A DNA stretch of 64,000 nt. Source: a virus. The position numbers and the translations under genes are program-made. Below are positions 58,684 through 64,000 of this stretch, in pieces. The first letter of the stretch is position 1; the number at the start of each line of letters is the position of its first letter. The stretch covers positions 30,846-94,845 of the IMG/VR virus record IMGVR_UViG_3300030099_006908, one strand, 5' to 3'. Under the pieces are notes generated by a model, which was not told where the DNA came from, did no database searches, and saw only the letters and a program-made list of their open reading frames with translations.

Positions 58684-59194
58684 GATATATAAGCCTAACT
58701 CAAAAGGCACCGGCGCTGCATCTAAGTTTCAGTGCAGGACTAAATGGAAAACCATAGATAAATCAGATTACGCTGACCTCATATTATTTCTAGAGTCTGC
58801 TCAGCAGACTGGTTTTGACTCTAATAAAAACGCTTCATTCGGATGGTCGTCGACCAATGATAAGAATAAAGGAAAGTCAGTTACGATGAAGTTAGGTCTT
58901 CCTGATATAGGTGAGATTTTATTAGTTTTAAAGGGAAGGAAAACTTTTGTAGGACCAGAACCAAAACAGGGAAGAAAAATAGAGCCCGGATTATACCATC
59001 AAAACAATCATGGGAACACAAGTCTTAGGCTGAAATGGAGCGAAGGAAAGCTGTATTTAAATATATCATCTCAAGACAAAAATAAAAATGTAACAAAAAT
59101 TTCACACAGCATCACTACAGCAGAGGCGGCTGTGCTTGAGTCTCTTTTGGAGCATTTTATAGTTGAGTACCATGGTTGGAAAAATCAAATATAA
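58646..59194 (+). CDS. Whirly-like single-stranded DNA-binding protein
   Basis: YRIYK..KG..A, F.W..K..MKL...DIGEI, LYH, YLNIS, ITTAEAAVL..LL.......GW, collinear with the plant Whirly domain as I recall it. Confidence 0.6.
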   Translation: MTQEKKILAKEYRIYKPNSKGTGAASKFQCRTKWKTIDKSDYADLILFLESAQQTGFDSNKNASFGWSSTNDKNKGKSVTMKLGLPDIGEILLVLKGRKTFVGPEPKQGRKIEPGLYHQNNHGNTSLRLKWSEGKLYLNISSQDKNKNVTKISHSITTAEAAVLESLLEHFIVEYHGWKNQI

Positions 59195-59196
59195 TT

Positions 59197-59232
59197 AAAA
59201 AGCCCTAATATATAAATTAGGGCTAATTTTTT
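59197..59232. terminator. Bidirectional intrinsic terminator between convergent genes
   Basis: AGCCCTAAT-ATATAA-ATTAGGGCT stem with an A-tract on the left and a T-tract on the right. Confidence 0.8.
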
Positions 59233-59241
59233 GATTTATTA

Positions 59242-59883
59242 TTACAAATACTCAAGTGCAAAGAATAATCCGTATTGAGTTTTATTTCCAATAGAGTCTG
59301 GGCTAGCAGAAATTGCAGCGTACCAATCGTGTCTCTTGGACTGAACGGTCGATATAGTTGTGACTCCATCTCCGGCAAAAACTCCGCTAACTCCTGGCGA
59401 ATTTGCAAAACTCACAACAACCCCTGAACCAGCAGGAGTAATCCACTGGCTGTCTCCAGAGCCTGTCGCTGTTTGAGTAACTCTTGGGTGAATAATCTCG
59501 GCTACTTTTGTTGTTACACCCGAGGCTGCTTTTTTAATATTAAACCTATCATAAATTCTTAGCTCACAGTTCTGGGTTTTCACCTGTGAGTCGTGTGTAA
59601 ATCTAATATTAAGAGTAGCTTGATAATTTGGTATGGCTTGCAATCCTATGCCGCTAGTCGAAGCTCCAATTATACCACTCCCAGCATTGAGAAATTTTAT
59701 ATTTTGAGCCTGAGCGCCACGGCTGCTGCCGGTGCCGTCTGACACAAAAGTTGTCCCTTGATATTTACCAACCTCAACGCTTGCGCCAAAACCAGCGTCT
59801 CCAAAGAATGCTAGCCCTGAGCCGCCAAGCTTGAGGTCATAATCAAAGCCTGTTCTATTTATAAGAAAATCTATCGTTGCCAT
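59242..59883 (-). CDS. Probable virion structural protein
   Basis: Gly/Ser/Thr-rich beta protein; AAGGAG RBS and GGTGTATA motif upstream of ATG 59883. Confidence 0.55.
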   Translation of the reverse strand: MATIDFLINRTGFDYDLKLGGSGLAFFGDAGFGASVEVGKYQGTTFVSDGTGSSRGAQAQNIKFLNAGSGIIGASTSGIGLQAIPNYQATLNIRFTHDSQVKTQNCELRIYDRFNIKKAASGVTTKVAEIIHPRVTQTATGSGDSQWITPAGSGVVVSFANSPGVSGVFAGDGVTTISTVQSKRHDWYAAISASPDSIGNKTQYGLFFALEYL

Positions 59884-59903
59884 TTTAAAGTAATCTCCTT
59901 TTA

Positions 59904-59915
59904 TATATATACACC
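59904..59915 (-). promoter_or_regulatory. Candidate phage-specific promoter (GGTGTATA)
   Basis: Minus-strand GGTGTATATATA immediately upstream of the AAGGAG RBS. Confidence 0.5.
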
Positions 59916-59923
59916 ATTTATTT

Positions 59924-60148
59924 CTACTTTGGCCATTTGTCTTTTGGGCAATCTTCGCTTCTCCACCAAGCTTTTTTAGATAAAATACACCCACATTCTG
60001 TGCAAATGCCTTTATTATTTGACGAACAATTATTGCATATTTTCATTCTTTCAGCATACTCTTCCCCACAAACGTTAGAAAATCCATCTGCCGCATGCTT
60101 AACAACGGCTTTAGTAAAAGTTTTTATTTTCTTTATATTGTCTGACAT
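59924..60148 (-). CDS. DUF6171-like small Cys-rich protein
   Basis: ERMKICNNC....C.ECGC.L..K......CP..KW. Confidence 0.7.
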   Translation of the reverse strand: MSDNIKKIKTFTKAVVKHAADGFSNVCGEEYAERMKICNNCSSNNKGICTECGCILSKKAWWRSEDCPKDKWPK

Positions 60149-60211
60149 ATAAGCAGCCTCCAATAACACTAAGGTAAATCCCCGATAAAGTCGATAAAGT
60201 CGTCGAGGTCG

Positions 60212-63200
60212 TCAATTCGCATCGTCTGCCTCTTCAGTAAAACAATCTTCAACATTTATCCATTTTATCTTTACATCGTCCGCGTTATCTGAACCGGTGT
60301 GACCAAGGACCTGTAATCTACTGGGGTCAAAGCCACAATCGGAGGTTTCTACTTCATCACAGTTCGGCCCAGTTTTTCTATACTTGATTGAGTCCCATCC
60401 CTTATAAGTCTCCCACAAGTGACAAGGGGCGGCATCTTGGTCGACAGCCGAGGCGTCGAAATTAATTCCGCAACCATACGCAGTTACCCACTGGAATATC
60501 GGCGCGCCACCAAAATTGTTTCTAGCAAAAACTATAGTCTCTAAATCGCAGGGTTCTTTCCTAAAACCAAAATCTTGATTTGGTTTAAGGCTATTTCCCT
60601 CATCGTCTTCATCCCAATGGTCATCCGGGAAGCCTTTAGGTCCCGCCAAAGTGTCCTCTATTTTAACAGGAAGGTCTCCTGCGTTATCTGGCTCGGCGTC
60701 AGAACCTACTCTTTTTTCCTCTTTAAATCTGAACATGACTCCATCACCAAACTCGTCTATATTTAGGAATTGTAATTGGTCTCCTTCATTATGTCCAACA
60801 AACTGAACGAAGTCTTCGTCGTAACCTCTGTCCTTAATATCAGGGTCCGCTGGCATGCCCGCAATTCCACCGTAGATTTTCCAAATGTCGCAGGGCCATT
60901 CTGCTTCCAACGCTTCATCATCAATTGGACAGGACCCTGGAGCCGTATCCCACTTCGGAACCTCATTTTTTTTATGAATAAGAATTTGGTCTTCGTCATC
61001 ATCCCAGCCCATACCTCCAGGTTCTCGGCTAGCTCCATCGGGGTCTTTGCCCCACTCTATGTCTTTGGCGCCTCCTAAAGTTTCCCAAAGAAAACACGGC
61101 CACTCATCTCGACCGATTCCCCCTCCAGGGCCAGCATTACTAAAGCCCTCATCCCCTTCTTCTGGCTGAGGTCGATTCAACCCCCATTTTCTAGACGCCT
61201 CATCACCCGACGTTGGGTCATCTGGGTCAATAATCTGTCGGTTCGCGTCGTCTCTTAAAATAGGGCAAGCGTCTGTTTGATTAATCCAATAAACACCAAC
61301 CTTAGCGGGGTCGCCTTCGTTTTCAGAGTGCCCCTCAGCGTAATGCCCCAGATATTGATGTTTTGTATTGTCATAGCCGAAATCATGGTCTAGGTCATCT
61401 GCCCAATCTACACCATCTGCCCCATGAAAAGTTTCATAAATATGACACGGCCAATAAGGTCTATCTTCATCTGGAACTGGGCATTCCTCTGTCTTTGGTG
61501 CTGGAAATCCAACTACTGGCAAATTGATTTCGGTAGTATCAAAACCACTGTAGTCTTCGCATTTTTCTTTAGAGCCGCTAAAAACTTTTTCAAAAGTGCT
61601 GTCTTTAATTCCAGTATTATCATCTTTTTTTTGGTCTAATTCTGTGTCCGTAGGTAAAGAATTGCTGAAATGAGTTTCATGCCAACCTCCAAGTCTATCG
61701 TCTCTTTCACTGCCCTCGGATGGGTTTTGGTTAAATCTAGGATGTTTCATTGTGTCGCTGTCCCACATCACAAGTACTGTATCCCCCTCCTTGTATGATT
61801 TAGCAACACCTTCCCAAAAACCTTCTTCTTCATCCTTATCAGAGGGCGGGCCTCCATCCTCAAAAGTCGCATCATCCGAGCCAGTGGGGTCATCTGGCTG
61901 AAGTGTCCCAGCGTCGTCTTCCCAATGATATGAAAACCCAGTCTCCTCCGGGAGGAAAAAGGTAGAGCTACCACCGCCGCCTCCGTCGCCACTTCCACTT
62001 CCGGCACCAGTATCTTCTTCATCTTGAGGAATACAGGCTTTAATTTTAACGGAGGCTTTAGAATAAATGTCACTAGCACCAGCTTTTCCAAATTGCCACC
62101 AAATCCAATCTGGAACATCTCTTGATTCAGTATCCTGATGATGACAGTTTGCAAACCATTTCATATCAACTTCTGCCTCTGCCTCCCAGTGAACTCCAGA
62201 TTTTGAAAATTCAGATTTTAGCTTTGCGGGAAATATTTTTAATCTAAAAGGATGAGCTGGACTATAAAAAGGCTGGTCTATGGGGTCATTGAAACATGTC
62301 CAGCTTTTTCTTGCTTCATCCCATCGTAAGTCTAATACGCCTGTTTTCCATTCTCTAGAATCAATAGACCAGTTTTTTACAAACGTCTCCTCTACTGTAT
62401 TAGATTCTTCTCCTGAGTTTGGTGCAGGAAGGCCATATCTATCGTAACCCCAACCAGAAACAACCATTGGGGTTCTTAGTGCTATAGACCTAGCTCCTTT
62501 AAATGGGGCTGTTGACGTTAATCTTGTACCTTCCTTCGGACACTTTTGATTCCTTAATACATGAGTGGTGTTTGTGTTATATTTCCAATCAGTGCTACTG
62601 GAAGATGAAGATTTTTCTAAGTCTGAATCCAATTTAATATACTGATATAAATCAAATGGATTACCAGCGTTAAAAGTGTTTTTGTCTGGTTTGTCTTCGT
62701 CGTCTATACCAACTGAGGGCAGCAAGCTAGTGCTGCTAGAACTTGAACCCTCTTTGATTGAAAAGGGTGTAAATATAGAATCTAACGAGCAACCGGCTGT
62801 ACTATCCCAAAATCCAGATTCGTTGGAATCAGCTTCTGAGACTATTACCTCTAAGGGGGCTATCATGATTCTTGAATAAACAGCATCAGATGGAAAATTT
62901 TGAGGCATGTTTTCGCTACCTTTAAAATTTTGACCAACTATGATAGCTGAGCTTCTTCCACTTAAAGAATTTCTAAGACCAGACGCTTTTGCTCCTGAAG
63001 AGGTGCTTAGAGTGCCTCCTGGAGTTCCAAATGTATTTGCGTTGTGGAATTGTTTAATTTGTTCATTTACTGCTCTTTGCGCTGATTTTAAATTGAACGC
63101 TCTTTGGAATTGATGTTGTTTTTCAGCCATCATTTCGAAAAATTCTAACCTTGACTGTGCAATCTCGCCAAAGTTTCTAACAAAGGTCCTGAATTGAATG

Positions 63201-64000
63201 TCTGTAGTTACACCTCCAGAACCCACGTTAACATTTATAGATGTGCAATTTGCCCCTGCATTAGCTAAACTTCTTCCAAGTCCAACAATGCCAATATCTG
63301 ACGGAAGGCCTGATATCTTGCCCTGACCAGACTCTAGTATACTAAATCTAGAACTAACAACTTTAGATTGAGCTGTTATTTGAGCTGCTCTAGTCATTGC
63401 GCTGAAGCTTCCGTATGTCCAGGGATTAAAGGTGCTGTCTACTGAAAATTCAGACTTGCCATATGATTGCGATGCTCCTCCCCCCGCAGACCAAGGTCCG
63501 TATCTTGTCGCATTACTTTTTAAAGGCACCACTGCTCCAGTGGGTGTCTCAACGGTTTTTGACAATCCAAGACCCCTAAACGAACTTCCTCCAAAGTTAG
63601 CATTAAGAAGCTCATCTATATTTTTTTTCTGCGCTTCAGTAAGTGCGTTTCCGCCATTTTCCCCCATCATTATTAGATACAGCAATCCGTCGGTAAAAGT
63701 AATGTCTCCTTGGCCGTCTCCGCCCTCAGCCTCATTATCTACTTTTACACCACCGCCAGCGCTCAAAATCGCCCATGGTGCATATTCAGGGTCGCATCGG
63801 CCTAAAGACGGGTCAGCGTTTACGTCAGCAACAATTTTTTCAAATCCTGGCTGAACGTAGATACTGTTTGATTTTTTAATCCAAGTTCCTTGCAGTTTAG
63901 ATAAGTCGGTGTCTTTTGCTGGAAATTTAAGAATTGGACCAACTTTACCGTCTTCTGTCTTGAATAACTCCATAGCAGCGGAGCGAAAACTAAGACCAAG
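60212..64000 (-). CDS. Large acidic, probably virion/tail-associated protein with C-terminal repeats (likely 5'-truncated by the window)
   Basis: At least 1253 aa; frame stays open from 63973 to the window edge; repeated PCxxWExxxG...G[FYW]D....Q.LGH units. Confidence 0.6.
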   Translation of the reverse strand, partial: LGLSFRSAAMELFKTEDGKVGPILKFPAKDTDLSKLQGTWIKKSNSIYVQPGFEKIVADVNADPSLGRCDPEYAPWAILSAGGGVKVDNEAEGGDGQGDITFTDGLLYLIMMGENGGNALTEAQKKNIDELLNANFGGSSFRGLGLSKTVETPTGAVVPLKSNATRYGPWSAGGGASQSYGKSEFSVDSTFNPWTYGSFSAMTRAAQITAQSKVVSSRFSILESGQGKISGLPSDIGIVGLGRSLANAGANCTSINVNVGSGGVTTDIQFRTFVRNFGEIAQSRLEFFEMMAEKQHQFQRAFNLKSAQRAVNEQIKQFHNANTFGTPGGTLSTSSGAKASGLRNSLSGRSSAIIVGQNFKGSENMPQNFPSDAVYSRIMIAPLEVIVSEADSNESGFWDSTAGCSLDSIFTPFSIKEGSSSSSTSLLPSVGIDDEDKPDKNTFNAGNPFDLYQYIKLDSDLEKSSSSSSTDWKYNTNTTHVLRNQKCPKEGTRLTSTAPFKGARSIALRTPMVVSGWGYDRYGLPAPNSGEESNTVEETFVKNWSIDSREWKTGVLDLRWDEARKSWTCFNDPIDQPFYSPAHPFRLKIFPAKLKSEFSKSGVHWEAEAEVDMKWFANCHHQDTESRDVPDWIWWQFGKAGASDIYSKASVKIKACIPQDEEDTGAGSGSGDGGGGGSSTFFLPEETGFSYHWEDDAGTLQPDDPTGSDDATFEDGGPPSDKDEEEGFWEGVAKSYKEGDTVLVMWDSDTMKHPRFNQNPSEGSERDDRLGGWHETHFSNSLPTDTELDQKKDDNTGIKDSTFEKVFSGSKEKCEDYSGFDTTEINLPVVGFPAPKTEECPVPDEDRPYWPCHIYETFHGADGVDWADDLDHDFGYDNTKHQYLGHYAEGHSENEGDPAKVGVYWINQTDACPILRDDANRQIIDPDDPTSGDEASRKWGLNRPQPEEGDEGFSNAGPGGGIGRDEWPCFLWETLGGAKDIEWGKDPDGASREPGGMGWDDDEDQILIHKKNEVPKWDTAPGSCPIDDEALEAEWPCDIWKIYGGIAGMPADPDIKDRGYDEDFVQFVGHNEGDQLQFLNIDEFGDGVMFRFKEEKRVGSDAEPDNAGDLPVKIEDTLAGPKGFPDDHWDEDDEGNSLKPNQDFGFRKEPCDLETIVFARNNFGGAPIFQWVTAYGCGINFDASAVDQDAAPCHLWETYKGWDSIKYRKTGPNCDEVETSDCGFDPSRLQVLGHTGSDNADDVKIKWINVEDCFTEEADDAN

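Noticed and set aside
60183-60200. CGATAAAGT tandem duplication in a short intergenic gap
   Set aside because: Only two copies of 9 bp; too little to support a repeat element or frameshift signal
1-64000. Stop-codon reassignment
   Set aside because: Conserved enzymes are full length in code 11, and TAA, TAG and TGA all end genes at sensible positions

Overview
This window looks like part of a large tailed-phage (jumbo-like) genome read in the standard genetic code, with densely packed, often ATGA-overlapping genes. 1-14.6 kb: ClpP-like protease, phage sigma factor, FG-GAP beta-propeller and other probable virion proteins, a candidate small RNA, dCMP deaminase, class II ribonucleotide reductase and hypothetical genes. 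14.7-28.3 kb: recombination and replication module with RecA/UvsX, nucleases, DnaB, DnaG, dNMP kinase, a saccharopine-dehydrogenase-family gene, and an intein-free split DnaE whose halves flank a uracil-DNA glycosylase and a DEDDh exonuclease. 28.4-57 kb: a ~28.5 kb glycan-building island of about 34 genes (GT4/GT2/CgeB-like/GT29 transferases, NeuB/NeuA, sulfotransferases, methyltransferases, dTDP/GDP-deoxysugar enzymes) with no recognisable export or membrane machinery. 57-59.2 kb: endonuclease, probable annealing protein and a Whirly-like ssDNA-binding protein. 59.2-64 kb: convergent minus-strand, probably structural genes. All calls come from motif recognition by eye; no database searches or counts were run.
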